DNA from: Giardia intestinalis | Lineage: Eukaryota | Direction: 5' to 3' (one strand) | DNA length: 64,000 bases | Assembly (NCBI GenBank): GCA_000002435.2 | Contig: CM018793.1 | Shown here: positions 40,801 through 55,800 of the stretch, in pieces | How the letters are laid out: every line of letters starts with the position of its first letter | Position numbering within the stretch: position 1 is the first letter of the stretch | Program-made: the position numbers and the translations under genes | Notes under the pieces: generated by a model | Seen by the model: the letters and a program-made list of their open reading frames with translations, nothing else | Database searches by the model: none | Told to the model about the DNA's origin: nothing

Positions 40801-43800
40801 ATGCAAATGCATCAAGCCCGTCACCCCCCGGCAATTCTCCCTGACATAGCGTGCGTTTCTGACCAAGCGCCCATAGGTGTGTCTTCACAGGCCGCCTACA
40901 ATACTGATTCTATGAACGTCGATATTCCTACTTCATTACAGCCAGGGAAACAGCTCCACATTGCTAAGCACAACAGTGTTCTCCACGCTAATATTGCTTT
41001 AATTACAATGATGCTCCAGGAAGCTGGCGCCAGTCCGGAGTTTATTCAGGAGCTGACAAGGTTGAAGCTTCCCCACGCTCGCAGAGAGCCATTTATCGAA
41101 ACCCACATAGATGGAGCTATGACTTCTATTTCCTCTATACTTCCACGACCCAGTGTTTTCGGATATAGCCTTGAGTTCTATGATAAATACGATGACCTTC
41201 TGCAGTTGTCTAATAGGGTTCTCAGTGGAGAAATCTTACATGCTACTATGTATAAGCGCGACATCAGCTCTGATAGTTCACACATCGATTTATCCAATTA
41301 CGCCGTCTATGAGGACTACTCTTTATTTCTAAAGCACTTAGAAACCACTTATGCTATTGAAAATGTCTGTGTTATTGGTTTTAATGAGTCTGAACGGAAG
41401 TTTCTTGTGGCACCAGAAAGTATTTTTGGTGATGGTTCAAATCCGCCTTCAGGAGAGACATTAAGAGGGTCAAGCTATTTGTGCGCTCGCCTTATGCTAA
41501 AGTTTTCTACTACTGACCATCCTTTAGACAGAGATTCTATCTTTTTTAAGCGACTTTTTGAGGCTCATAGGCTCAAGGCGACCGTCGAGCGCTCTTATAT
41601 TTTGCACACGTTTATTACTGCTCTTATTAAGTCTATCCAATACATCGACTCGTTCAGCAGGGGCGAGCTTGGCAGATCGATTACGAACATTCCTCTCTTA
41701 CCAATTATTAAGGCACTAAGATTGAGCCCTGCTCTTATTGCACGTACGGGTTGCGAGGTACAAATAATTCGTGGGATATCCCCTGGCCCAGAGTTTTTTG
41801 AAGATCTTCTCATTAAGTATTTTGCCAAGAACGTAACCATTCAGCAAATCCTAAAGAATAATGTCTTTTACCCGCTTTTAGACTCTCTTCTCACAGATGC
41901 AGAGGTGGACTACAAGCGTGTGCATATCCTTAATTCACTTGGACGCTGCCGTCTTCAAAATGCAGACCTCGACAGGTTTCTTCTAAAGTATGGTATTGAT
42001 AGGCAACTAACAGACTGCGAGTACTTTTTGAAATGTTACAATCATAAGCATGTGTATCCAGTTCTTCAACATAGTACTTCTCGCGGAGGCGTCATTAATA
42101 TGCGAACTGTGCTTGTTGGAACTTTCCCAATCACTGAGCGACAGGTTCATTATAGTGAGAACCAGTCAGCCCATCAGGAGCTCGCATTTAATAGCACCTC
42201 GGATACCCAAGCAACATTAGAGTCTATTGCTTGCCATAAGGAAGCATTTATGAAGGCACGTCTTCATCTAGAAAAACATCACTACTTTTACTCTACCTCT
42301 CTACAAGGTGCCATGTTTCGTTTCAGACTAGATTGTACAGATTTTTTTGGGAGCAATCTCGTGCTGTTTCATCCAATTGTCTTAGGAAGCTCAGCTTGCG
42401 ACTTTGTACGGCATGTCCTCGCATCTGGTGCCCTTGATTCGACGCAGAAGAGCTCTTTTTACTCAAAGATTCTAGACATTTCCGTATCCGACAAGCACTG
42501 CTTACGTAAACAAGACCATGAGATTGCGGATCTCTACCAAAACTTTCTTGAGGAACAGAAGACATTTCACGAAGATCTTCAAGCTACACATTCTCAAGAA
42601 CATGTCAATTTTCGCCGCTTTGGAGATGGAATCCTGTATTCCGATGGGCGTTACGAGTACTATGTGGGAAGACAGCGTATTTTACTGCCTGAAAGTATAA
42701 CTAGTGGCGATTATGTCAGTTGTATTAGAAACATTGCTGAGCATCAGCAGGCTATTTTTCGTCAGCGGGGAGAGAATGTCCTGTCAATTTCTCTCATACA
42801 TAGCGCCACTGATATAGATACCCATATTTACCGAGGCGAGAGCTTCAGTTTCTTTAGGGGCTGGAAGAGCCAATGTCTCTTTGACTCCTTGAATTCTTTT
42901 GTCACTACTATCTATGAAACCATCGACGCAATTTTTCTGCCCCGACTAGCACAGTATCTTTTTCCATTAATGGCTCTCCAGGAAGTAGAGCGTCGTCATG
43001 CCTCCAGAATCTGTGATGAAATTTTTACACAGGCCTTAACAGAAACAATCGATCACACATATGATTTGTTTCTTGAAGCATTAAAAGATAAGCGAAGAAC
43101 ACCTGACTTGAGCTTCATGAATCCAGATGGGTTTATAAACATAAGCTTAACGCAGCAGAAGCAGCAAGGGGGGTGTGGTAACACTTTGCAGCATGCCAAC
43201 GTTCCCCCAGCAGATACCTTACCTAATACTTATATGGATTCCTCTATTGCGACTAGCAAGCTACAAGCATCAATGCCACCCATACAGCTCAGTGACCTTG
43301 AAGTTGTGGGCAAGGATATTATTATTAGGAAGGGAAATAGAGCCTTTCTAGACCCACGAAATAACACGCTGACGCGGCTAGTTAAGGCTATTTTGTTTGA
43401 AATAGAAAAGCTGGCTAACAGAGGAATGAGTTTGTTGGAATATGGCGTTTTTAACTATGAGAATTGGCCCAAAGATGCACTACTCAAGTCATCTACCCCA
43501 ACGTTCCTTTACAACTCTAAGGAGAAGATCAAAGAGCTTATTCTCAATATGATTCACCTGGGTTTGCACAGCGCCGGTACGCTCCCGAAGTATTTGCTCG
43601 AAGTTCCTGTCACTTATCCCATGGATTCGGTCCCCTTGGTTGAAGTTGTTGTTCAGTTAGCTGTCAACCCTGTATCTTCTGACTACTCCGAGTCTATAGG
43701 GCTTTATGCATGTGCTTATGAGGAGACATCTAAAGCTGTTTCCAAATGGTATCAGCAAAACCTCTATCAGTTGGACCTCCTCTTTGAGCAAGTGGCTATC

Positions 43801-46800
43801 AGCTCATTTTTAAAAGAAAGCGAGATAGAAGATCAGCAGCAAGCATCTCCTACCGAGCTCCCAGAGAAGTACACTGTCTTAGAATGCTATAAGGATAAGT
43901 ACACAACAACAGGATATGGCACTAATAGATACCTCCGCAACGATACTGCCTTCCAAGTTTTCGAAAAGAATCCAGAGCCAGACCACAGTCGTACTGATCT
44001 TTCTGTAACATCAGTGACCCAAACAACCTGTCCCAGCGACAATCTTCAGAGCACAATGGCTGAACTGTTAGAAGAGACCATTATCACTGCTAATGATTGC
44101 TTTGTATCGGTTACTGATAGCACGCTACCACACTTTACTTTGGAGCCATCAAAATCAGAATTTATGACCAAGCTTTCTGGACTATTCGACTGTTACGATA
44201 CTTTTGCTTCGCAGTTTGTGTCATTCTATGATAGCATTTCTGTAGATCCAGAAAGGAAGCGCCTAAAACCGCCAGAGTATGCATATGGGTTTAGATATGT
44301 CAAAGAGAAGCGCCACACATGTCTCGACTATACAGAATATTGCTACCAACTGGCCGAAGTTGTTCTAGAGATTTGCAACATAATTTGCTCCGCTATCTTC
44401 AATCGAACGTTGGATGCTAAATTGAAAATGTGGGCAGACATCATCTCCAATGCCATGGACCTTCCCTACTATAACCTGTATCACTCCACAAGCGAAACCA
44501 GCATTGAAGACTTTGACTATGTTCCGTTGCGACCTGTGGGCGTCACATCTTCTTCATCTAATGTTGTGGATAAGAAGGATCATCAATTTGAGGAAGTTGA
44601 CCTTGATATTATCCGAGAAATAACAAGTCCTCTTCAGATCCAAGAGCTTTCGCGAAAGGTGCGTAAAGGTCAGATAGATGTCACAGATAATTTCTTGCAT
44701 AAAATCAAAGCATACTATTATACATCAGAGTATTGGGCAACAGTGAAAAGCACCTTTGATGATAGAATGAGCATCAATGCGTTTCTGAGTCTTGTTGGAA
44801 AAAAATCTGAGGCAACCATGAAAAGAACGGAAGTGCAGGAGCTTATTTCTACCGAGGTTGTTAAAGCTATTATTTATTACCGCAGCATGCAGATACTGGT
44901 CCAAGAGCATCTTTTCCCAGATACTATACGTTACGGATTTATTTGTATCACAACGACGCCAGCTAAGCAGGCAATGGAGCACCGTATTAGTGCAATCCTA
45001 TGTGCATTAGGATCGATTGTAACTGCTCGTGCATGGACACTAATAGAGTATAGCAATAAGATTCTTCAAGCAATACAGATTCAATGTTCGTATACCCCAT
45101 CTGTACCAGTAGAGTGGTATATGCTTAGAAGGTTTGTTAAGTTCTACATAAAGCCGCTTCAGCACTTGATACATGATTTGAACAACGAGGCAGTATCGTA
45201 CTTGAATAACATTCTTACTGTGCTACCTCTAAAGGAGCTTGCCCATATTAAGCCACAGTTTGATCTCAGAATTCATTTAGAAGACCCAGAAAACTGGGCA
45301 GCGGTCATTAAGCGACTGTCTGATCCCGCAGCTGGGGTGCCAGATGAATCAAGGTATGAGTCAGACGTTATCTCCATGGCTAGGACAACACAGTTTTCAT
45401 GGATATTTAATAGGTTTATTGGGCTACGCATGCACACAGATGCGATCTATCATCCATACAAACTGGCGTCTCATCTTTATTCTAGTAGGTCGCCCTTTGG
45501 TCTGAATAAGCTAATTACACAGTCTCTTATTCCATCTACTGAGGGAATCATATCCCAGAGCAAGTACGATCTTCTTATGAACTTGGAGGCGCATCGTGAG
45601 GATCTTACCAAAAGACAGAGTGATCTCCTTGAGCGAGTCGAGGCATTCAGCAAACGAATCCCCGCTCACTTCAATTTTAATGAGGCGAGCCAAGACGTTA
45701 GCTACAAATTCTTTAAGGACGGAGAGGCCCTGCAAGCTGAGCTAGCAAATCTACAACAAGAATCATTGAACTTTATTAATGACGAAATTAGCCTAGAACT
45801 GGCTCCAGGCACATTTCCAGTTATTGATTTGCTCCAGCCCCGCATAGATATGATCCACAGATTCTGGACAATAACGTATGAGCATTGCACAATTCTTCCA
45901 GTTTGGTTTGACTGCCTTCTCTCTGACCTCGCAGCCAAGTATTCTGGAAGACTAAACGAGTTCAAAGAAACAGTTTTTAACAAATATGTCCAGGTTGCAG
46001 ATGTTTTAAGTCTCATTCAAACTGCAGCCCGCAAGGAAAAGTCTAAGACCATGCTTGCAAGCTTAGCAAATGGTGAGAAAATACTTCTAAAGGTGCAGTC
46101 CCACTTAGCGTGGTTTAAACACTACTCCCCTGTCATCGTCGCCCTTTTATCACCGGCACTAAAACGTCGCCACCTAGACCAACTGCGAACGAAAGGAATC
46201 TTTCTAAATCTAGCAGAGCATACTGTTTCCAAATTAGTAGAGCGCAAAGTCTTTCTGGATCTCTCAGAACCTAGCATTCAAGATAAGGGCTTTTCACACA
46301 GAGCAAAACTTATTCTAGAAGTCATAGAACACGCGCAAAAAGAGCACGATATTGAGCTTTCGTTTGGAAAGATTGAAGCAATCTGGAAGACAGTTTCTTT
46401 TGAATTTAAAGTTTTGTCAGGAGATCGCTACAAAAGCTACTCAGCACTTTATTCCACACACAGAGCAGATGTACACAATGTGCCGGCCGTGCATCCACTT
46501 TCGATTGCAAAGGCCAAGGTTCTGGATGAACATGGCCGCGAGCTTTGCCTGAACTTATCCACCAGTGGCTCTAATGACCGTGTACATTCCCAGTTAGACC
46601 TCGAAAAGCGCCCTTATGTGATATCAAATCTGGGATTTATCTTACAATTATATCAAGATCATTTTCTCTTGACCAACAAGCTTTTGCAATCACAACACGT
46701 CACCCCAATGCAACGCGTGATCCAACAGTTTACTGAGAAGCAGCTTATCGTCAAGGAAATCCTTCTATTGATACAGGACATTCAGGATAGCTGGCTTCGA

Positions 46801-49800
46801 CTGTATCCCATCTACGTTGGCAAGTACACGGAGTTCTTTGGCCACAGAGCCACTGAGTTTATCAATCTTACAATCTGCATGCAAACAGTGTTTTTAGGGT
46901 TTATCAATAATTGCAACGTGCAAGGCAATATAACGATCGCCGGGAATCTCAACCAAGTAGATAAGCAAATCGAATTGGGGTTAAGGGATGGCACAATAAA
47001 GTTTTCAGAGGTGCCGCCCAATCAGCTCCTGACGCCTCTTCTTTTTTACTACAAGGCGTTTCTGGATCACTTGAATGCGCGTATGTACTCTCTTGTGGAC
47101 ACTAAGCGCCAAGGATTTTTTAGGTTCACTTTTATGAATACTAATGAAATTGTCAAAATACTCTCTGCTTTACCTGGAAGCGCAGACGCTGTCCTTACTC
47201 CGCTTCTTCATCTATACAGCCTTTCTGACTATTCAATAGAGAAACACAACGAACAGCTTTTACTAACTACTGTTTTCTCAAAAAGTGGTGAGACCATCCG
47301 ACTAGCGGACCCTGTAGATGTCACAAAAGAAGTAGATGTGTGGCTGACCACCTTTGATGATGTGTTCCGCAAAACTATGCGCAAGCTCTTTTATGACCTG
47401 TATGTCGATGTTTTTGTTGATAAGATGGAGCCCAGTGTGGCCTTTCTCAAGTACCCTTCCTGTACCGTTGGGCTGTTTCTTAGGGTCGAGTTCACGCATC
47501 AAATGGACGCGATCTTTGCACAAACAGTTTCGGAGCTAGACACACATCATATGATACTAAGCCTCCTCGATGACATCAACCATAGAATCGTCTTTTTCAA
47601 GCAGCAATTTCTCGCCTGTTCTAACAAGCTCCTCTATAACAACATTCTTGTTGAATTGATGTACTTCAGTAATATCGTCTCAACTATATGCAAGCATCCT
47701 TTGGCTAGGGATAAGAGATTTATCTATTACAGAATCTATAAGTATCGTATTGTTCCCCTCGCTGATGATGCAATTAGTCTTTTGACCAAGACGCTGAGCG
47801 CACTAGGTGATAGCTCTATCAACTCACTCGGCAGTACGTCTCCAGATCAGGATCTGCTTCTCTCTACCAAGGTCATTCACAGAGATATGAATCCATCAGA
47901 CTTTGATGTCCAGATTTCGTGCCTTGGAAACTCCATGCTTTACCGATTCGACTATATTCCGCCCACCACTAGATCGATAGTGACAGAACCAGTTGACCAA
48001 GCAGCTACGTTTATCTTTTCGGCATTTGCTTCGCGATCTGTTGGGGGTTATATCAAGGGAGAGACTGGGAAGACTGAGGCTGTCAAGCACATCGCCTATT
48101 GCCTCGGCTACAAGCCATATATTATCAATCCGACGTATACTGTCCATTTTTCTGAGACTACACTTCACCATATGATGCTCACAGCATGCGCTTTCGGCCT
48201 TTTGATATGCTTTGAGGATGTAGAGAAATTCACAAGTTCGTTGCTAATTACGCTCTCGCGAAATTTGGGTCAGGTATATGGCATTCTTAATTCGTATACA
48301 TCAATTCAAACACTGGCAAACTGTGCTTCCTTACTCCATGACAGCAGTAACCACATGAAGATAGCATTGCCGGCGGAGAATCCAGTCGGTGAAGTGTTCT
48401 TGCATCCTTCTGCGATCTTCTTCCTGACAACCAACACACCGCTTCCACATAGTTTCAATAGGGTTGTTAAACCCTTTAAGTGTCATCTCACAGAGTCTGC
48501 AATCTATCACATAATCCGAACATACATGGATATCGCAGGCCTTACAGAAATTGAATCCGTAACATCACAACTCATGCACATCATGGGAGCTATTAAGCGT
48601 CTTTTTGCCCCATTTTTCGGCCTTAGACATATCAAAGACATTATCAGCGAGATGCTTCTTCTCTCTCAATATACAGGAAGACCCATCAAGAAGGCATTCG
48701 CTGAGCAACCTGCTGCATCTCATTCTGATAATAGTAATGTCACCAATGAAAGGGCCAACACAGGACGTGCAGAACCTACTCTGGAACAGCGAGAACCTAT
48801 CATCAGTGCATCCAAGTTAGTCAACTTAGCAATCAGAACAGTAGTCAGTCCTCTTTTAGCACCAGCTCATCGTGTGCCTTTTTATAACATGCTTGATGCA
48901 GAGTTTGGGGCGATAGCCCTCCCACCCATTACTGAGACGCTGCTGGATGCCGTGAGAGAGATATACATGGACCCGGCATTTTGTCAATCCGTTTATAGAG
49001 AGACAGGCTTAGTTTGTCCTTGCAGTGATCTGGATATTTATGCACAGTCTATCCTTTATACCAACAGTTCTGTCTATCAGGCAGCTCAGACAGAGTTTAT
49101 AACAGACATTAAGTCCTTCATAGAAGTTATAGACCACAATTACGGAACAGTTGTGGTTGGAAACCATCTTTCCGGCAAGACGAGCTTTATCACAATCTGT
49201 TCACAAGTATACGCAAAGCTTTGCGACTATGTTGTTAACTTGCGATTTATTAACTTTTCAAGCATATCTTATCATGAGTTTTTTGGATACTATTCTTTTA
49301 GTGACTGGATTGATGGGATTATTGCTCGCCTTGTTTCTCGTGCGGAGCTGCACGGTTCAAACGAAGTGTCATGGATTATTTGTGACGGTGTGGGAAAGAT
49401 GGATCACCTGGGAAGTATATTGAATGGCACGATGTTCCTACCAAACGGCGAAATTTTACGTTTACCGTCGAACATGAAGTTCATTTTTGAAGTGACCAAT
49501 CTTATGCTGGTTCCAGAAATATTTAGTGCTAAATGCGGATTGTACCAACTGGGAAGACATGACTACACCGAAGGTTACTTACGAAAGCTCGCTTACTCGC
49601 CCATAGTGACAGGCGAGTCAACCTTGAACCCTCTTGAGATGCGTTTGCATGCTGCCTTGCAAGAATCACTTGGGGAGATACCGCGTCCCCGTGGAATTAC
49701 CCTTTATACAGAGGAATCGCTGGATGGCAGCGAAGAGTTCGATTCCTCTCTTAAGCCCTGTGCATCCGAAATTATACTTACTCGGCTTCGTCAGCTGGTG

Positions 49801-52800
49801 CCTCTAGTTAATCTTATTGGCCAGGCAATCATGTACAATGCAGTGCCAGGAAAGGTTTATCGATTCTATAACATTAATCTTACGCACCAGCATAGTGGAA
49901 ACTGCTTGTTCACATTCACGAGCCTTCCGTGTATCCTTGATATGTATTATAAGGTTTTGATATCATCTCTCGTTACCTGGGCGCGACTCACAACGCAACC
50001 TGAGAGACTGACAGAACTTGTCGATATATGTACGGTCTATTCTATTTATAACTCTTTTGGGCTCGTCCTTGTGACGGTAGAGGCCAGGCAATGGTTTGAC
50101 TGGTTTGTGCGGCTGGTATTTAAGCTTGTCTCCGACCACTCGCGGTCATTAACGGAGAGCGAGGTTATTTTTATCCAGCGACATATAAAGGAGATCTTCT
50201 CGGATGACATTATTTCGACTCTTCGCTCTCTCTCCAAGTCTGACAGCTTCAAGCCGAAACTAACCAGCATAGTATGCAACTCGCTACAACTACCGAGCAC
50301 TATCAATATGCCCACAAGTACTGATGTACTTGAAGAGTACATCTTTCGAATACCTTTGCATCAACTCTTCTTTGAAATGCTTTTTGACCCCAAACAATTC
50401 TGCTTTGTGAGCTCATATGATGTCCTTTCTCTTGGCGCACCAGAGTACCTATCCAAGGTTTACTCTCTGAAGTATAATACATATGAAGTTAAGCCATCGT
50501 CTGGTGCGCTTAGATACTATATTTTGGCAACTATGCTTCTCACGTGCGGATATACACTAACAATTCTCGGTAACACGTGTTCCGGAAAATCGTCCTTTGT
50601 ACGTAATCTGTTTATGATGAATCCTTTTCACTTTAGAAATGACTTCCATATTCTCCACATTTCTTCTCTCTCGGAGCAAAATGACCCTGACGTTGCAACC
50701 GTAAACATAAAGAAGCTTGTTAAGTCTAAGCTAAACATGTACACCTCATCCTTCTATGCCCCGTATCCTGGCGCCTGCACCTACCTGATATTTGAAGACG
50801 CAGAGGTGATGCCCGCTGCCTGGTTGGAGGTTGCTCGTGAATATCAACAAAATCAATCCATCTACGATAATAGGACCTATACCATTCTAAAAGATGTGGT
50901 CTTCCTGTTCGTCACTAAGTTTTCTAATGATTTTAGAATTGATGAGCGTTACCTCAAGACCTCCTTCTTCTTACCGTTCTACGATGTCACGGCAGATGAG
51001 ATGCGGCAGATCATTTCCTTCAAGATGAAACTACCGGATCCGCGGCTCACAGAAAAGCTTGTGCTCTGCTCGTATGATCTTCTCCACGAAGTCAATGCTT
51101 ATTTAATAGGCGGCTATTCTACTACAACCGGTACCACTTGCCTCACTACTACTGCGACATTCGCTCCGTTAGTATCGTCCAGGGGAAGCTGTGATCCGGC
51201 GCCTCTTGTTACACTGGAAGTTCTTCTTAATATATCTGACCAGATTGCCAAGTTCATCAAGCAACTCCCCAAGGATATTGACCAAATGACAATAGTCAAG
51301 CTATGGATTCACGAAACGTTCCGCGAATTCACAGATAGTCGTAGCAGAGTATTCTATCGGACATTTACCAGCATTATTTACACCCTTGTACAAAAGCACT
51401 TTGATAGTGAGGTAGCCTCTCGCCTTATTGTTCCTCTTGATGATCAGCATGCAGAAATCTTCGACATCCTAATGAACAAACTTAAAGCCAAGTCGCGAAC
51501 TTTGAGCACTACAGGTTCTTTTATGCTGAACGATCCTGTGAGCTTAAAGGGCCATAATCCTATAGGCCTTCCTGCTATTCAGGAGATTTCTACATCTGAT
51601 GAAGCTGGTTCCGAAAATGAGCATGATGACTTAGAGCAAACTGACGAGAATAACTCTCACTTTGTGCCATTGAATCCAGATGCTTCAGACTTTAATACCA
51701 ATAATAGACTTCAGCTAGAAAAGCGCCATGTTTCTGCGCTGCCCATGTTTACTTATACATTCAATGCTAGTGCCATAAGGCAAGGCTATCAGGATGAAAG
51801 TATTGAGGACTTTGCGTCACGTGCCAGTCTACTGGACGAGCAACATGCACATGAGGACAGTGGTGACTTACCTGCTCTTGTCTCCCTATTAAGGTACACA
51901 GAAGTGACTATGAATGATATGAGCAAAGCCATAGAAGATGCTGATAACGACGACCATGAAGTTGAGGCTCCTGCAAATGGTAAAGGCGAAATCTTAATTC
52001 ACCACGCCAAGCGCAATAGTTGTTTCGTTACGTCTACACAGACTCTGCTTAGTGTGCAACGCATTTCTAGGATTATTGGAACACGGAGTTGTGCAATTAT
52101 TGGAATGGATGGAACTGGCCGGTCCACGTGCCTCCGTCAAGCGGCAGACAACCTCAGGATGGTTATCATCGAATTCGATCCCTTGGTATCCACGTGGACG
52201 AACTTTATTATCAATGCACTCACAAGATCAGTCTTCATGGAACGACTTGTAATCCAACTAAACCAGGAAGATCTGGATTCGCCCGAGATTCTAGAAGACC
52301 TAGAAATGTATTTTTCGACAGGGCTCGTCCATAGAATAGTTGACACAGATGAAAAGATTACCTCTCTTGCTGACTACATCAAGGAGATGCACATGGACCT
52401 TTACGGAACACTAATTGAAGCAGCTCATACGGGAGCCAATGACCTTTTAATTATGTATCGTCGGATACTTGCAGAACGCGTTCGGTTTTCTCTGATACTG
52501 AAGGAGGACTATTACCATATGCTTGCAACTGCATACCCAGTGTTCTTTAAGAATCTTGGGGTGCTAATGTTTGACTATCTTGATAACTCAACTATGGCAG
52601 TTATTGTAACGAAACTCATTCCAGATCTGAAGCCAGAGAAGTTCCTCTTGGATCACGTGATTTCAAAGCTCCACCATATAGGATACGTGGCAATGCTCGC
52701 CTCTAAGGGCAAAAATCGCGGCTGCAACTTCACTAAGCTCTTTGTTAACTTGACGCTGGCCTATTTCTCCCACCACAACAGCTACAAGGAGAAGCTAGCT

Positions 52801-55800
52801 GAGAAGCGTAACTTGTGCTCTATGTCCCTTGAACTATATAATATCATGGGCGTGATGCTGGATGTAACAAGCAAGAAAGAAGTCGGTACGAAAGAGCAAT
52901 CTAAAGCGCTGGAGCAAAAGATAGAAGAAATTGGAGCCCAGTTGAAGGAGGCTATCCTGCGCCAAGCAGAGGCCTCCCAAATGGTAGCGCAAGCTGCTGA
53001 GAAGGTGGCCTATGCTAACAAGCAGATCCACGACTGTTCTTTAAAAGTTGATAGTATTCTGAAACCCTATATGGGGTCAGTGGAGCTTTCTCATCAATAC
53101 TTGCTGAAGCTATCGGCAAAAGAGCTAGGAGCATTTAAGACCTTGACGAGGCCGAATGAAGTCACACAACTTATCTTCAAGGTCATCTATCTGCTGATGG
53201 AAAATACTATTCCAGAAGGCGCTACACTCTATTCCTATTGGATTCCGTGCAGAAAGATAGTGGCAGCGAACGATTTTATTGATCGTGCGATTAATTTAGA
53301 CACAGCTGCGCTCAAGTCGGACATAGTTGATGAGATTCTTTCTTCTATCACATCATCGTCATTCACAGCAGATGCCGCATCGAAAACAAGTGCAACAATG
53401 GGAAATCTTATGGCGTGGTGCAGCTCTGTATGCAAACTTGTCGCAGCCCAGAAGGAGGCTGCTCCTCTGCAGTCACAACTAGATCAACTTCGACAGAACG
53501 GAGCGGATGCTGTATCGTCACAGCAGGTACTAAAGTCACAGCAGGAGCTTGCTGATAAGACAGTTGTACAATTACGTGACTCTATCACACGATGCAAACT
53601 AGAAATAGAAACATTAGGCAAGACGGGCGAGATAATTAGTGAGCGCACTCGCAGAATCAATCTTTTCCTTGGTGCTTTTGCAGACTTGAAGAAGCACTGG
53701 GAGACGGTGACAGAGGATAAAGACTATATGCGCACCACTATCGGAGACAGCTTACTAATCTGTTCGCTAATTAATTACACTGGTTCAATGTCACTACTCG
53801 CAAAGCTAGACTTTTTACTTAAGTGCAAGCAAATTTTAAGTGCTAATGGAATAGCCTATACAGGAAGTGAAATCGACATCGAAAAGGGACACACATACGA
53901 TATGTCAGATCCAGAGGTAGTTGCGTCCCAAGTCCTCGGACTCAAGAGACTGCTTATTACAGAGGAAGAGGAAATGCAGCTAGTATGCCGGGGGCTCAGA
54001 GCAGATGATAATATGATAATTAGTGCTCAGACGATCGACTTTGTTGTCAATGATTTTCAATGCTATCCACTAATTCACGATCCCCACGAATTTCTGCTTC
54101 CATGGCTGAGTGCATTTTCAACCAATTCTCTTAGGGCAAAGCATCTCCTAGCCGGCTTGGCTTCTGCAGCCATTGATGGAAAAATTGGCGATCAAGAGTC
54201 CATACCGGAAACAGTGTTTCTTAACTCGAGTTCCCGAGACTTCTTCGTTAACCTAAGGGCTCATCTTGTCAAAGGCTCTGTCGTTATAGTCCAACTGGCT
54301 CCTTCGTTCGATCAGGCACGAATATCAGGGATTGCAGAGTTACTTTCTCACATGACAGATACTCATACAAAAATTGTTTTCTACAATACTCAGAAAGCCA
54401 ACGATAGTTTCCAGACTTTGTTCAGTAAAAACAAAGCCATCAGAGATTATATATACACGGTCGACATTACATCCTACGATCAACGAAACTATATATTGCT
54501 ACGCCTATCTTCTATCTGCAACCCAGAGATAGATTCGTCTATGGTGAAGCTCTGTGGGGAGTACCTATCTCTTTACACTTCTCGTGATCAAGTCGTCGCC
54601 CCTCGCTTGTACCAAATGATCAAGCATGTTCATACGTCAATGAAAGATCCAGCGATTGGCGAGCTAATACTCGACGATGTGCAGTACTTCGATAAAATGC
54701 TGAGTAGTCTAGAGCAATATCAGATTCAAAGTAGCAATCTTGCGAAACTGATGCGCAGGGTTCAAGAAAAAGAGGTCCAACGCCAGGAATACAGCATTCT
54801 GGCCAGTTGCGCTAGCCATCTTCGCAATATAACAGATCGTTTGACTGACCGCGCTCTGTTTTATCAATATAACTTTGAGAAGGTATTTGGTTTGATTGAG
54901 TCAACTGCAAATCAGTATATGGAGCAACACAGCACCCAGTTAGTACCGCCAGAGGCTGCAGAAGTGTTGATTTACGAGGCAATTTACCTGCTCATTGCAC
55001 CCAGTCTTCACACGAATGAGAAACTTCTTTTCGAGCTCAATATGGCGCTTGTAAAAGAACTTGAGGGAAAACTTTCTGGTTTGCGGCACGATATTTCATC
55101 CAATGATGTTTTGAAGATAATTATCAAAAGCGGAAGTCTCTTGGATCTGGCATTGGATGCGGGTGAAAATCTTCCGCCGAACAAATCGCTTAAAATTACC
55201 GATAGTGCCCTTCAAGCCATATCACGATTAGAGGATGGCTCTGCTTTTGGCCCATATCTGAGTGGTATCTGCAAACATATTCATGATCACCCAGATGCGT
55301 GGGACAAGGCGCTGGATACGATACGCGCTATCGGCAACACTGATCTAGAAGCATACAATCCAGACGTCATCCGGTGTTTTCCATCCTACAGCGTAACTGC
55401 AAAGACGATGCCACTTGCAATCTGGCTGGTTATAACTTATCACCTAGACAAGAGCAAATTCATTGCCGTCGCGAAGTCGTATATTATCAACGTTTTGCCA
55501 TTTGCAAAGACAAACAGGATAAAAGACCACATTATAGATCTTAGACTCAACGGTGAACGAGACTGGAAGCCGTATTTACTCCTTCAGACAGACCCTCAGA
55601 TGATTTTGGACATAGAGCATTTGGCGCGAGCTAGGAATATACATATAACAATGCTTCTTGAAAAGCAGAAGTTGATCGAGTTATGCACTACTAGGACTTG
55701 GGTCCTGCTTCCAGATATTCAGTTTCATGATGATCATGAGTTGCGCTGCCTTATCCTAATGGAGCTACCAGCCATCCATGCCAGCGGCGGCATGCATAGA